Shown here piece after piece: positions 16,907 through 27,309 of a DNA stretch of 64,000 bases. The translations under genes and the position numbers were made by a program. The notes beneath the pieces are model-generated. The model was not told the origin of the DNA. It ran no database searches and worked only from the letters and a program-made list of their open reading frames with translations. The number at the start of each line of letters is the position of its first letter. Within the stretch, counting starts at the first letter, position 1. Source of the DNA: Nitrospirota bacterium (lineage in GTDB: Bacteria > Nitrospirota > Thermodesulfovibrionia > Thermodesulfovibrionales > Dissulfurispiraceae); assembly GCA_963790025.1 (NCBI GenBank), contig CAWBMP010000004.1, positions 288,001 through 352,000 on the forward strand, given 5' to 3'.

Positions 16907-18241
16907 GTGGATAAGGTATTTGCAGAAAAAATGTTGGCCCTCGCCCTCGCCAGAGGCGCCGATGAAGCCGAAGTTTTTACTAAAAAATCGACAAACCTCG
17001 GAATCGAGGTCAAAGACCAAAAGATAGATACACTTGAGTCCTCCGTAACAGCTGGGTACGGTATCAGGGTGATAAAAAACAGACAACCCGGTTTCTCCTA
17101 CTCTACCGATCCCGTCGATATGTCTCGTGTTGTGGATACGGCTTTATCTGTAGCGCGGTATGCTGAGCCGGACGATTATCTTGGATTTCCTTTGTCGCGC
17201 CATGCCGGGGAGGTGTCGGTCTTCGATAGACGAATAGCCTCGATTACCGAGGATGAAGCAATAGGGCATGTCATGCTGATAGAAAAATCCGCCCTCGACA
17301 CTGACAGGCGAATTAAAAAGATCAGAAAAGCTGCGGGGAGTTTCGGCACGAGTGATACGTGCATTGTCAACTCAAAAGGGGTAGATGCCTGTTATAGCGC
17401 TTCAGGGTGTTCGGCACAGATCACAGTAGTCGCCGAGGAAGGCGCCGAAAGCCAGATGGGCTGGGACTACGAGGGGAGCAGATTTCTCGATGAGGTAGCG
17501 TTTGGCCGGGTTGGCGTCACTGCGGCCAAGAAAGCGCTGCAACTGTTGGGTGCCAAAAAAATTACCCCAATAAAGGGATTTATTCTTCTGGATAGTTCTG
17601 TTGCTTCGGACTTTCTCGGCATTTTCGCTTCCGCACTGTCGGCGGAAGCCGTTCAAAAGGGCAAATCCATGCTTGCAGGGAAAAAGGGAGAACAAGTGAT
17701 GAGCCCGCTGCTCAATATAATTGATAACGGTCTGCTCGACGGCAAGTTAGGCAGCAGGCCTTTCGACGGTGAAGGCGTGCCGACTATGAGCAAAGTCTTG
17801 ATTGAAAGGGGCTTACTGACAGGCTTCTTGTATAATACCTATACCGCGCGCAAAGAAGGTGTCCAGTCTACCGGAAACGCCGCAAGAGGCGGACCATCGG
17901 GGTCTCCCGGCGTAGGACCGACTAACCTTTATATGGAGCCGTCATCCAAAAAACACGCACTGGAGTTTGGAAAGCTTCTGGGAACAGTTGATAAAGGCCT
18001 TTATGTAATAGAGACCATGGGCATGCATACAGCGAATCCGGTATCAGGTGAATTCTCGGTTGGCGTATCAGGATTATGGATTGAAAATGGAGTAGTACGT
18101 TACCCGGTAAAAGAGGCGGTTATTTCCGGGACCATACTCGATTTGTTCAGGCAGGTCGTCATGGTTGGCGATGACTTGAGATTTTATGGTAACATAGGAA
18201 TCGCGTCTCTTTTGATTGAGGCAATAGATATAAGCGGATAA
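16907..18241 (+). CDS. pmbA: TldD/PmbA family protein (PmbA/TldE type)
   Basis: GADEAEVF, SRPFDGEGVP, STGNAARG, HTANPVSGEFS; start set to GTG 16907 after the queD stop. Confidence 0.9.
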   Translation: MDKVFAEKMLALALARGADEAEVFTKKSTNLGIEVKDQKIDTLESSVTAGYGIRVIKNRQPGFSYSTDPVDMSRVVDTALSVARYAEPDDYLGFPLSRHAGEVSVFDRRIASITEDEAIGHVMLIEKSALDTDRRIKKIRKAAGSFGTSDTCIVNSKGVDACYSASGCSAQITVVAEEGAESQMGWDYEGSRFLDEVAFGRVGVTAAKKALQLLGAKKITPIKGFILLDSSVASDFLGIFASALSAEAVQKGKSMLAGKKGEQVMSPLLNIIDNGLLDGKLGSRPFDGEGVPTMSKVLIERGLLTGFLYNTYTARKEGVQSTGNAARGGPSGSPGVGPTNLYMEPSSKKHALEFGKLLGTVDKGLYVIETMGMHTANPVSGEFSVGVSGLWIENGVVRYPVKEAVISGTILDLFRQVVMVGDDLRFYGNIGIASLLIEAIDISG

Positions 18242-18244
18242 AAT

Positions 18245-18322
18245 CAGGTAAAGGTATAGGCTAAGAAAATAAGAACACATACGTTGTGTTATTTTCTTAA
18301 CCTCAACCTTAACCTTTGCCTG
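18245..18322. repeat. Inverted hexamer array (AAGGTA / AACCTT)
   Basis: caggta aaggta taggct aagaaaataa ... ttattttctt aacctc aacctt aacctt tgcctg. Confidence 0.8.
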
Positions 18323-18341
18323 CTTTAAACGGAGGATATTA

Positions 18342-19499
18342 ATGGATTATTTCTTGACAGAGGAACAACTCATGATCCGTGATCTCGCACGGCAGATCGC
18401 AGAGGAAAAAGTCGTTCCGGTCAGAGCAGAACTCGATGAAAAAGGCGAGTATCCGTGGGAAATTATTAAAGTACTGGCCCAGTCGGATATGATCGGACTT
18501 TTCATCCCCGAAGAATACGGCGGCCTTGGTAAAGGCTGTCTTGAACTCTGCCTGGTTGTGGAGGAGCTGTCGCGGGCCTGTGTCGGTGTTTCGACAACAT
18601 ATGCCGCCAACGCCCTCGGGACATTTCCTCTCCTGCTTTTCGGTTCCGATGAGCAAAAGAAACAGTACTTGCCTGATATCGCAGTGGGCAAAAGGCTGGT
18701 TGCATTCGGTCTTACCGAGGCCAATGCCGGCAGCGATGCCGGAGGGATCCAGACTACCGCAAAGCTTGAGGGCAACGAATACATTTTAAACGGGACCAAG
18801 CAGTGGATCACAAACGGAGGAGAAGCCGAGATTTACACAATCATAGCCATTACCGACAAATCAAAAGGGCCGCGAGGGGCCTCTGCCTTTGTGGTTGAAA
18901 AGGGGACTCCCGGGTTCACCTTCGGAAAGAAGGAAAACAAGATGGGCATCAGGGCATCCTCGACAAGAGAGCTGATTTTCGATAACTGCAGGATCCCTAA
19001 AAACAATATTATCGCAAAAGAGGGAATGGGGTTTGTCGTTGCGATGAAAACGCTCGATCAATCGAGGACCGGTGTCGGAGCACAGGGCCTGGGCGTGGCA
19101 CAGGGTGCATTTGAAGAGGCGGTCAAGTTTGCCCGCGACCGGCACCAGTTCGGACACCCCATTATAAGCTTTCAGGCAATCCAGCACATGCTCGCCGATA
19201 TAGCGATGCAGATTGAGGCTGCACGCTCGCTGGTATATTCTGTTGCGCGGTATGTCGACAGCGGGGCAAAGGATTTATCAAAGGAATCTGCGATGGCAAA
19301 GACATTCGCTACCGACGTGGGGATGAAGGTGACCATTGATGCGTTGCAGATCATGGGCGGGGCCGGATACATGAAGGAATATCCCGTCGAAAAAATGATG
19401 CGTGACGCAAAAATACTCCAGATATACGAGGGCACCAATCAGATACAGAGGAATGTTATCGGTCAGGCCTTGATTAAAGAAGCCGCCAAGAAAAAGTAG
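18342..19499 (+). CDS. Acyl-CoA dehydrogenase (butyryl-CoA dehydrogenase-like)
   Basis: AFGLTEANAGSDA, LNGTKQWITNG, KMGIRAS, RDAKILQIYEGTNQIQR. Confidence 0.95.
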   Translation: MDYFLTEEQLMIRDLARQIAEEKVVPVRAELDEKGEYPWEIIKVLAQSDMIGLFIPEEYGGLGKGCLELCLVVEELSRACVGVSTTYAANALGTFPLLLFGSDEQKKQYLPDIAVGKRLVAFGLTEANAGSDAGGIQTTAKLEGNEYILNGTKQWITNGGEAEIYTIIAITDKSKGPRGASAFVVEKGTPGFTFGKKENKMGIRASSTRELIFDNCRIPKNNIIAKEGMGFVVAMKTLDQSRTGVGAQGLGVAQGAFEEAVKFARDRHQFGHPIISFQAIQHMLADIAMQIEAARSLVYSVARYVDSGAKDLSKESAMAKTFATDVGMKVTIDALQIMGGAGYMKEYPVEKMMRDAKILQIYEGTNQIQRNVIGQALIKEAAKKK

Positions 19500-19552
19500 C
19501 AAGGAATAAGGATCTTTACATCTTTATCCCTAATCCTTGATCCTTGCTGCCT
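19498..19552. repeat. Inverted heptamer array (NNNAAGG / NATCCTT) overlapping the ends of two convergent genes
   Basis: agcaagg aataagg at - spacer - atccct aatcctt gatcctt gctgcct; right arm encodes the Rrf2 tail GSKDQGLGIK. Confidence 0.7.
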
Positions 19553-19941
19553 TTTAGTCGCTCAAAATTATATTTTTTCAGAATTTTTCTGAAATCCTCT
19601 CGTATCTCAACCCATACCGGATGAATGGGGCAGTTGCTGCTGCGTCCGCAAAGCGCTTTATCAAGGGAGCACACATTCATTGCAACCTCGCCTTCTATCG
19701 CCTCCACTACATCAAGCAGGCTAACCTCAGCGGGAACCCGGGCAAGCCGAAAACCGCCTTTGACACCGCGAAATGATTTAACCAGCGAAGCACGGGCGAG
19801 CTTTTGCAGGATTTTAGCCAGAAAACTCTTGGGCACCTGCATTTCTCTGGCGATCTCGTCTATCATCGTTGTCCCTTCGCGTTTCCCTGAGAGGTATAAG
19901 ATACATCTGATAGCATAATCTGTTTCACGCGTAATTTCCAT
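19516..19941 (-). CDS. Rrf2-family transcriptional regulator with three C-terminal Cys
   Basis: MEITRETDYAIR, FLAKILQKL, SFRGVKGGFRLA, C-x6-C-x5-C; start trimmed to ATG 19941. Confidence 0.95.
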   Translation of the reverse strand: MEITRETDYAIRCILYLSGKREGTTMIDEIAREMQVPKSFLAKILQKLARASLVKSFRGVKGGFRLARVPAEVSLLDVVEAIEGEVAMNVCSLDKALCGRSSNCPIHPVWVEIREDFRKILKKYNFERLKGSKDQGLGIKM

Positions 19942-19958
19942 TTGATTATTATAACCTA

Positions 19959-20006
19959 AACCGTTGTAACCGTTCACCGTCAACTGTCAACGGTGAACGG
20001 TTAACA
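19959..20006. repeat. Inverted heptamer array / hairpin between cydB and rrf2
   Basis: Perfect 14-bp arms taaccgttcaccgt (19967-19980) / acggtgaacggtta (19990-20003), period 7. Confidence 0.8.
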
Positions 20007-20014
20007 TAGCTGTT

Positions 20015-21043
20015 TTAATACGCTTCCTTGTCACTCATGATCTCATCACCAGAGATGCTATGCCTGAAAATCCGGTATATCCATATTTGGTATGCAATAA
20101 CAACAGGGACAAACAGCAATGCCACTACTGTCATTATCTTGAGTGTGTATATACTCGACGAAGAGTTGAAGATGGTCAGGCTGTAACTGGAATCTATGCT
20201 GGAAGGGATAAGATTTGGATAGAGCCCTATCACGCCTGTAAACGTCACCATTACAATGGTAAGGCAGGAAGCGTAAAATGCAGTTAGATACTGCCCCCTG
20301 GACGCAAAAACCTTTATGCCGAGGAGGCTAAGCACCGCCAGGACGGGGACCAGGAGCCAAATAAGGTTTTTAAAGTAATTTGCGTACAGATGCGTAGCAA
20401 ACCAGGTATAAATCAAAAATGACACTGCGACCACAAGCAGCGGTATCCACACCCCGTTTGCAAAACGCCCTGCTCTTTCACTGAGGCTGTCTTTTGTCTT
20501 GACGGCAAGCCAGAGTGAGCCGTGCTCAAGAAAGAGCAGCACAAAAAAAACGCCGGTGAGCAGACCATACGGGTTCAGAAGGGAAAAGAGTGTCCCATGG
20601 TAACCGTTTCCGTCCATAGGGAGTCCCTCGAAAATATTGCCGAAGGCCACTCCAAACAGAAGCGCAGGCACAAAACTTCCTATAAATATTGCGGCGTCCC
20701 AAGTGCTTACCCATGCCTGGCTGTCGCCCTTTCCCCTGAATTCAAACGCCACTCCCCTGAAGATAAGAGCGAAAAGTATTAACAGCAGCGCCGAATAGAG
20801 ATAACTGAACATTAGCGCATAGGTGGTAGGAAAGGCCGCAAACGTTGCGCCGCCTGCGGTAATAAGCCATACCTCGTTGCCGTCCCAAACAGGCCCGATA
20901 CTGTTTATGATCACGCGCCTCTCCGTGTCATCCCTGCCGAGAAAGCGCTGCAATATTCCAACGCCGAAATCAAAACCATCGAGCATGAAATAAACCGCCC
21001 AGAGCACTCCCCAGAGTATAAACCACACTATTTGATATTCCAT
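20015..21043 (-). CDS. cydB: Cytochrome bd quinol oxidase subunit II
   Basis: LDGFDFGVG, IGPVWDGNEVWLI, RGVAFEFR; start ATG 21043. Confidence 0.97.
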   Translation of the reverse strand: MEYQIVWFILWGVLWAVYFMLDGFDFGVGILQRFLGRDDTERRVIINSIGPVWDGNEVWLITAGGATFAAFPTTYALMFSYLYSALLLILFALIFRGVAFEFRGKGDSQAWVSTWDAAIFIGSFVPALLFGVAFGNIFEGLPMDGNGYHGTLFSLLNPYGLLTGVFFVLLFLEHGSLWLAVKTKDSLSERAGRFANGVWIPLLVVAVSFLIYTWFATHLYANYFKNLIWLLVPVLAVLSLLGIKVFASRGQYLTAFYASCLTIVMVTFTGVIGLYPNLIPSSIDSSYSLTIFNSSSSIYTLKIMTVVALLFVPVVIAYQIWIYRIFRHSISGDEIMSDKEAY

Positions 21044-21044
21044 C

Positions 21045-22406
21045 TCACACCCTCCCCGTCCGTGACGATGCCATAAGTACCGACAGGTCATCGTCGGGAC
21101 CCTTTTTTGCATATTTGCTCAGCAGATAAATATCCACGAATGCCAGCATCCCGTAGACAAGAGTGAATCCCAGAAGGGATCCCCATACCTGAACAGGAGA
21201 AATGGCTTTTGAAACCGCGTCCGATGTCTTCAGTACTCCATATACTATCCATGGCTGCCTGCCGACCTCCGCAACGATCCATCCGAATTGGCCCGCAATG
21301 TATGGCAGCGGAAGCGCAAACAACATAAGTTTGAGAAAGGCCGGGTTGCTTTCCAGTTTGTCTCTCCTCGCAATAATCAATGCTATAGCAGTAAGAAGCA
21401 TGAAAAGCATACCAAGCACAGCCATCATCCTGAAGCTTAAAAAGGTGGGCAGCACCGGCGGACGCTCCTCTTTTTTAAATTCTTTGAGTCCCTTTATTTC
21501 TGCCTGACCATCGTGATATGCGAGCAGGCTCAGGAGATTCGGAATACCGGCAGTTTCTATGCTGTTCTTCTCATTAGCGACATCCGGAACCACAACAAGA
21601 TGATAAGGGACAGCCTTTTGCGTATTCCAGACAGATTCCATTGCGGCTAATTTGGTCGGCTGATACCTGGCAACTTGAGCGGCATGAAAATCTCCTGCGA
21701 TAAAAACCAGCAGAGAACTTGCCAGGCCGAAGGCCGCCGCCATTCTGAAGGAGGCCTTGAAAAACGGTACGTTGTTCTTTCGCAGCAAATGATACGCCGA
21801 TATGCCCATAACAAAAAAGGCGGCAACAACATAGCCTGAGAATAAGGTATGCAGGAATTTAGTCAGTCCGTAGCTGTTTTTCAACAGTGCGCTGAAATCG
21901 ACCATTTCAGCCCTGCCGTTCCTGAGGACATATCCGACAGGATGCTGCATCCAGCCGTTGGCAAGTAGTATCCATAATGCGGAAAGATTAGTGGCCAGGG
22001 CCACCAGCCATATCGAGAGCGCATGTACCTTCTTCGATACCTTGTTCCAGCCAAAAATCCACACCCCTATAAAGGAGGATTCCAGGAAAAATGCCACTGT
22101 CGCCTCAATGGCCAGCGGCGCCCCAAAAATATCACCCACATACTTTGAATACTCCGCCCAGTTCATGCCGAACTGGAACTCCATAGTAATGCCGGTTACT
22201 ACGCCCAGGGCAAAATTTATAAGGAACATTTTCCCCCAGAATTTGGTCATCTTGAGATACATAGCATCGTTTGTACTGACATACCGGCTTTCCATGTAGG
22301 CGACCATAATGGAAAGCCCGAGGGTCAGCGGCACAAAGATAAAATGAAACATTGCCGTAACCGCAAACTGCAGCCTGCTTAACGCCAGTGCATCCATAAC
22401 TTCCAT
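21045..22406 (-). CDS. cydA: Cytochrome bd quinol oxidase subunit I
   Basis: SRLQFA..FHFIFVPLTLG, EFQFGMNW, QPTKLAAME, AEVGRQPW. Confidence 0.97.
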   Translation of the reverse strand: MEVMDALALSRLQFAVTAMFHFIFVPLTLGLSIMVAYMESRYVSTNDAMYLKMTKFWGKMFLINFALGVVTGITMEFQFGMNWAEYSKYVGDIFGAPLAIEATVAFFLESSFIGVWIFGWNKVSKKVHALSIWLVALATNLSALWILLANGWMQHPVGYVLRNGRAEMVDFSALLKNSYGLTKFLHTLFSGYVVAAFFVMGISAYHLLRKNNVPFFKASFRMAAAFGLASSLLVFIAGDFHAAQVARYQPTKLAAMESVWNTQKAVPYHLVVVPDVANEKNSIETAGIPNLLSLLAYHDGQAEIKGLKEFKKEERPPVLPTFLSFRMMAVLGMLFMLLTAIALIIARRDKLESNPAFLKLMLFALPLPYIAGQFGWIVAEVGRQPWIVYGVLKTSDAVSKAISPVQVWGSLLGFTLVYGMLAFVDIYLLSKYAKKGPDDDLSVLMASSRTGRV

Positions 22407-22450
22407 CCTCCTTCTTCCCGCCGTGCTGCTTTACACGAGAAAATTTAATT

Positions 22451-22486
22451 AGGATAAAGCTTATCCTGTTTTAAAAATATTGTCAA
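22451..22486 (-). promoter_or_regulatory. cydAB promoter with overlapping palindromic operator
   Basis: Minus strand TTGACA (22486-22481), 17 bp, TAAGCT (22463-22458); palindrome AGGATAA-agc-TTATCCT at 22451-22467. Confidence 0.7.
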
Positions 22487-22595
22487 GTTAAATTTACTCT
22501 CAAGTAAAGGATAGCGCTTTTAATGATGAAAAGATAGATAGATGAAAAAAGGGAAAGGGCAAAAGAAAAATGGCAAAAAAATTAATTAAAAATCC

Positions 22596-24293
22596 TTAAA
22601 ATCTTCCGGAACGAATGATAGAGATAATGAGCCATATGCCCAGGAGAAACGCAAAACCGAATGCAGAAAGGGCCAGAAGAGAGAAACCGAAGATAGTGGG
22701 ACCGGCGCCGGAAGCATGCAGTATGGCTGAACTTAAAATCATGGCGCTCACAATCATGGCAAACGAAATGCGATTGCTTGAGCGGTCCATATCCTTTATG
22801 AATTCAGGCAGGTTGCTGTGATGCATCTTCAGATGTATATCGTCTTTCAGAATTTTTCTTATTATTTGTTTCATTTGTCGCGGGAAGATCGACAAGAAAT
22901 CTCCGAACTCCCCGACATTCTCTTTTGCCTTTTCATAGAACCTGGAAGGGCTGATCCGCTCCCGGATAAGTCTGGAGGCATAGGGCTCTGCGGCGGCTAT
23001 GAAATTGAACGCCGGATCAAGCTGCCGTCCTATGTTCTCAAGTATAAGCATCGCCTTGTTGATCAGCAGCAGGTCGGAAGGCATTTTTAAATTGTGCTTT
23101 ATAGCGAGATGGGTGACCATGTCCAGATAGAGGGCAAGATCGAGTTCCTGCAGGGTGAGATCGTAAAGCGGCTCCATAAAATCGACAAGGTCGGCCTTGA
23201 ATTCTCTTCTGAAGATTTCGATATCGGTGTGTTCGGGGACCATGCCGAGGGCCATATACTGCTCAATAAGGCGGTCGAAATCCTTGCGCATAAGGGCCAG
23301 GAACGTATTCGCCATCGTCTCCTTCATTTCATCGGAAACCCTCCCGACTATGCCGAAATCAACAAAGGCAATAGTGCCCGAGGGCATTACAATAATATTG
23401 CCGGGATGAGGATCAGCGTGGAAAAATCCGTCTTCGAGTATCTGTTTAAAAAAAGCATTGACCCCTGTTTCGGCAAGTTTACGCCTGTCGAACCCCATCC
23501 TGTCGATTTCCTCTATGTGGTCAATCCGTATGCCGTGTACGCGTTCCATCACAAGGGCTTTTTCCGTCACGTATTGCGTGTAAATTTTCGGAATATATAT
23601 GTCGGGTTTTTGTTCAAAATTTCTTTTGAACCGGGAACAATTTCTCCCTTCCTCTACGAAATCCAGCTCTTTTCTGATCGTCCTGGAAAATTCATCCACA
23701 ATGCCTATAGGATTAAAGAACCTGCTTTCAGAGACATACCTGTCCAACAGCCTGGCAATCGTAAAAAGAATGTTGATATCCGATTCGATCTGCTCACTGA
23801 TTCCTGGGCGCTGCACTTTCACGATGACGTCAGCGTCCCCGATAAGCGTGGCCCTGTGGACCTGGGCAATGGAAGCTGCGGCTACGGGATTTTCGTCAAA
23901 CATGCTGAAAATATTTTCGAGTGGGCGTTTGAACTCTCCCTCTATGATCTGTCTGGCCTCGGATGCAGGAAATGGCGGCACGTCGTCCTGGAGTTTTTTC
24001 AGCTCATCGGCAAAGGCCACAGAGATCAAATCTGGCCTCGAGGAAAGAAGTTGTCCCAGCTTTATAAAGCTGGGGCCCAGCTCGGCAAAGGCCATTCTGA
24101 GACGTTCAGGCACAGTCGGGCTCGTCAAGGCAGGCCATGCCCCGAACGACCGGAGACGCTTTTTGAAAGGGATATACCTGCCGAGGTGTATCTGTTCGAT
24201 TATCTGACCGAAACCGTGCTTGAGAAATACGTTTATTATACGCCGCAGTCTTTTTCCAGATTTATATGTGCGGGAAAACCCTGAGATATCCAC
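22596..24293 (-). CDS. ubiB: UbiB/AarF/ABC1 family atypical kinase
   Basis: LGPSFIKLGQ, AAASIAQVHRA, VKVQRP, GFFHADPHPGN, DFGIVG. Confidence 0.93.
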   Translation of the reverse strand: MDISGFSRTYKSGKRLRRIINVFLKHGFGQIIEQIHLGRYIPFKKRLRSFGAWPALTSPTVPERLRMAFAELGPSFIKLGQLLSSRPDLISVAFADELKKLQDDVPPFPASEARQIIEGEFKRPLENIFSMFDENPVAAASIAQVHRATLIGDADVIVKVQRPGISEQIESDINILFTIARLLDRYVSESRFFNPIGIVDEFSRTIRKELDFVEEGRNCSRFKRNFEQKPDIYIPKIYTQYVTEKALVMERVHGIRIDHIEEIDRMGFDRRKLAETGVNAFFKQILEDGFFHADPHPGNIIVMPSGTIAFVDFGIVGRVSDEMKETMANTFLALMRKDFDRLIEQYMALGMVPEHTDIEIFRREFKADLVDFMEPLYDLTLQELDLALYLDMVTHLAIKHNLKMPSDLLLINKAMLILENIGRQLDPAFNFIAAAEPYASRLIRERISPSRFYEKAKENVGEFGDFLSIFPRQMKQIIRKILKDDIHLKMHHSNLPEFIKDMDRSSNRISFAMIVSAMILSSAILHASGAGPTIFGFSLLALSAFGFAFLLGIWLIISIIRSGRF

Positions 24294-24305
24294 GTAGAAT
24301 AGCTG

Positions 24306-24647
24306 TTACTCTTTTTGCTCGTTTTGCTGTTTTTGCTCTATCTGAGCAATGTCTTCGAGCTTTCTGACACGTACAGAGAGGCTCTGCACCCTTATATTCA
24401 GCAGTTCCAGTTCTTCTTTAGTCGGAATATTTATTTTTTCGAGGGTTTTCGACATAACTTCGGAGAAATTCTTGTTCATGTCTGAGGTGCCTTTGTCAGC
24501 CTTATCAGACCATTCTTTCACCATTTTTGCGCCCTGTGATTCACTCAGTTCGCCTTTCCTGACAAGCTCATCTATAAATTCCTTTACCTTTTCCTGAACA
24601 CCGAATCCAGCGAGAACAGCATTACGCACCAGATCGAAGACCGTCAT
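24306..24647 (-). CDS. Phasin-like / UbiB-associated small coiled-coil protein
   Basis: LAGFG...IDELVRKGELS...PTKEEL...LE pattern; typical position upstream of ubiB. Confidence 0.75.
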   Translation of the reverse strand: MTVFDLVRNAVLAGFGVQEKVKEFIDELVRKGELSESQGAKMVKEWSDKADKGTSDMNKNFSEVMSKTLEKINIPTKEELELLNIRVQSLSVRVRKLEDIAQIEQKQQNEQKE

Positions 24648-27295
24648 GACATACCCCCCAACTTCTTTTTTACTATATCATAAACCGACTCAAGGGCTTT
24701 GTCCAGAATATCCATGCTCTCAAGGTTAGAAACCCCGCCCTGGGCCATTTCCGCTTTCCCTCCTCCCTTGCCGCCTACCTGAAGGGCTACATTTTTCAGC
24801 AGTTCTCCGGCGCTGAATGTGCCGGCAAGGTCTTTTGTCACCATTGCCAGCATCGCAGCCTGGTCACCCTTGCCGGAGGCCAGCACAATTACACCTGAAC
24901 CAAGCCTGTCCCTGACATTATCTGCAAATACCCTGAGGTCTTTCTGTTCAAGGCCGTCCACGCGGTATGAAAGGACTTTCACTCCCTGGATGTCCCGTAC
25001 CTTATCCATGACCCCCGATGAGTTCTGCGAGGCCGCTTTTGCCTTTAACGTTTCAATTTCCTTATCACTATCTTTTAAGTCGGAAAGCAATTTTTCGACC
25101 CTCTCACGGGGTTTGTCGGTTTTCAGCAGTTCAGCCAGGTCCCTTAGTTCATTGCTCCTCTGTCTCAAGAAATCGAAAGCAGCCATACCGGTAAACGCCT
25201 CTATTCTCCTTATGCCTGAAGCCACACTGCCTTCAGAAACAATAATAAAACTGCCTATATCGCCTGTTGTTTTGCAGTGGGTCCCTCCGCACAGTTCGGA
25301 ACTGAAGCCCGGTACTTTAACTATCCTGACCTTCTCGCCGTACTTCTCTCCGAAAAGAGCGATGACCCCTGATTTCAAGGCATTATGGATGTCGGCAATC
25401 TCTGTCTCGACTCTTATATTTTCGAGGATCTTCCCGTTGACCATGGATTCTATTGACTCTATCTCTTTTCTTTCAAGGGAATAGAAATGTGTAAAATCAA
25501 AACGCATCCTGTCCGGAGCTACATATGAACCAGCCTGTTTCACATGTTCTCCCAGAACTGTCCTCAAAGCCGTATGGAGGAGGTGGGTTACAGTATGATT
25601 ACGGGCAGTAGCTATACGAGTATTCCTGTCGACTGAGCCGTGCACCGCGTCCCACACCTTGAGAGTTCCGCTCTTGATCCTTACTACATGGGCGTGGAGA
25701 CCGACTTCTTTTTTAGTGCTGATAACCTCTGCCTCAATTCCCTCCGAGTAGATTATTCCTGTGTCACCAATCTGCCCCCCTGATTCTCCGTAAAAAGGCG
25801 TCTTGTCCAGGAATAGTTCGACCTCATCTCCAGCTGAAGCAACCGTGACGGCTTTTCCATCTTTCAGAATAGCCTTAACGGTCGATTCCGACTCAAGGGT
25901 CTCATATCCGATAAACTCCGTTTCCCCGATTTCCGAAGCAATCTCCCTGTAAATCGATGCAATCCCTTCATCCTCTCCAACCCAGGAAGCCCGTGCACGC
26001 TCCCTCTGGACTTCCATTTCCTTTTGGAAGCCGTTGTCGTCAATCAGGAGGTTATTATCCATAGCAATGTCCCGTGCAAGGTCCAAAGGGAACCCGAACG
26101 TGTCATATAATTTGAAGAGTTCTTCCCCTGGAATGATTTTGACGGATGTCTTCTTTAACTTGCCTATTATCTCGTCAAGAATTCTCATGCCCTGTTCCAG
26201 CGTCCTGGTGAACCGCTCCTCCTCGAACATCAGGACCTTGCCTGCACGTTCTCTTTCCCGGACCAGTTCAGGGTATACATCACCCATAGCCTCGGCAACG
26301 GAATCCATTAACCGGTACAGGACCGGACCTTCAAGCCCCAATAATTTTGCATGCCGCGAGGCCCTCCTGATAATACGCCTTAGAACATATCCGCGGCCTT
26401 CATTGGAAGGCATCAGCCCATCGGAAAGCAAAAAAGCCATTGACCGGACGTGATCCGCAATGACCCTTATCGACACGGTATCATCGGCATTGCCGCCGTA
26501 TGGTTTTCCCGTTACAGATACAATGGATGAGATTATGGGAGCAAAAATATCGGTGTCGAAATTATTATGCTTCCCTTGCAGCACAGCTGTAATCCTCTCC
26601 AGCCCCATGCCCGTATCGATGCTCGGCTTTGGAAGCGGGGAGAGCACACCGGATTCATCACGGCTGAATTGCATGAAAACAAGGTTCCAGAGTTCCAGAA
26701 ACCGGTCGCAGTCACACCCGATTTTACAGTCAGGCTTTCCACAGCCGACTTCCTCTCCCTGATCGATGATGATCTCCGAGCAGGGTCCGCAGGGGCCGGT
26801 ATCTCCCATTTGCCAGAAGTTGTCCCTGGCCCCAAGCCTGACAATCCTGTCCGGAGCTATATCAGTCAGCTCTCTCCACAAGGCTTCAGCCTCATCATCT
26901 TCGTGGTACACGGTGGCCCAAAGCTTATCCTTGGGAAGTTTGTACCATCCGGTGAGGAGTTCCCAGGCAAAAAGGACCGCGTCCTTTTTAAAATAATCTC
27001 CGAAAGAAAAATTCCCTAACATCTCAAAAAAGGTATGGTGCCGGGCCGTATGTCCCACATTCTCCAGATCGCTGTGCTTGCCGCCGGCACGCATACACTT
27101 CTGGCACGACACCGCTCTCGAAAAAGGCCTTTTCTCCTCTCCGAGGAACACCGACTTAAACTGCACCATCCCGGCATTGGTAAACAGCAACGTAGGGTCC
27201 TTGCTTGGTATGAGCGATGAGCTGCCGACCTTTGCATGCCCTTTGGAGATAAAGAAATCCAAAAAAGAATTCCTGATTTCCGAACTGTCCATCAT
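24644..27295 (-). CDS. alaS: Alanine--tRNA ligase
   Basis: DPTLLFTNAGM, RHHTFFEMLGNFSFGDYFK, IDTGMGLER, NHT..HLL, ELCGGTH. Confidence 0.99.
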   Translation of the reverse strand: MMDSSEIRNSFLDFFISKGHAKVGSSSLIPSKDPTLLFTNAGMVQFKSVFLGEEKRPFSRAVSCQKCMRAGGKHSDLENVGHTARHHTFFEMLGNFSFGDYFKKDAVLFAWELLTGWYKLPKDKLWATVYHEDDEAEALWRELTDIAPDRIVRLGARDNFWQMGDTGPCGPCSEIIIDQGEEVGCGKPDCKIGCDCDRFLELWNLVFMQFSRDESGVLSPLPKPSIDTGMGLERITAVLQGKHNNFDTDIFAPIISSIVSVTGKPYGGNADDTVSIRVIADHVRSMAFLLSDGLMPSNEGRGYVLRRIIRRASRHAKLLGLEGPVLYRLMDSVAEAMGDVYPELVRERERAGKVLMFEEERFTRTLEQGMRILDEIIGKLKKTSVKIIPGEELFKLYDTFGFPLDLARDIAMDNNLLIDDNGFQKEMEVQRERARASWVGEDEGIASIYREIASEIGETEFIGYETLESESTVKAILKDGKAVTVASAGDEVELFLDKTPFYGESGGQIGDTGIIYSEGIEAEVISTKKEVGLHAHVVRIKSGTLKVWDAVHGSVDRNTRIATARNHTVTHLLHTALRTVLGEHVKQAGSYVAPDRMRFDFTHFYSLERKEIESIESMVNGKILENIRVETEIADIHNALKSGVIALFGEKYGEKVRIVKVPGFSSELCGGTHCKTTGDIGSFIIVSEGSVASGIRRIEAFTGMAAFDFLRQRSNELRDLAELLKTDKPRERVEKLLSDLKDSDKEIETLKAKAASQNSSGVMDKVRDIQGVKVLSYRVDGLEQKDLRVFADNVRDRLGSGVIVLASGKGDQAAMLAMVTKDLAGTFSAGELLKNVALQVGGKGGGKAEMAQGGVSNLESMDILDKALESVYDIVKKKLGGMS

Positions 27296-27309
27296 AGCTC
27301 CCGCATTAT

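Noticed and set aside
23094..24284. 396-aa plus-strand ORF (also 52450-53508, 871-1482, 42484-43167, 24819-25484, 35623-36261)
   Set aside because: Antisense shadows of well-supported genes (ubiB, nadE, M1-ChaN, livH, alaS, ppdK); no motifs or RBS.
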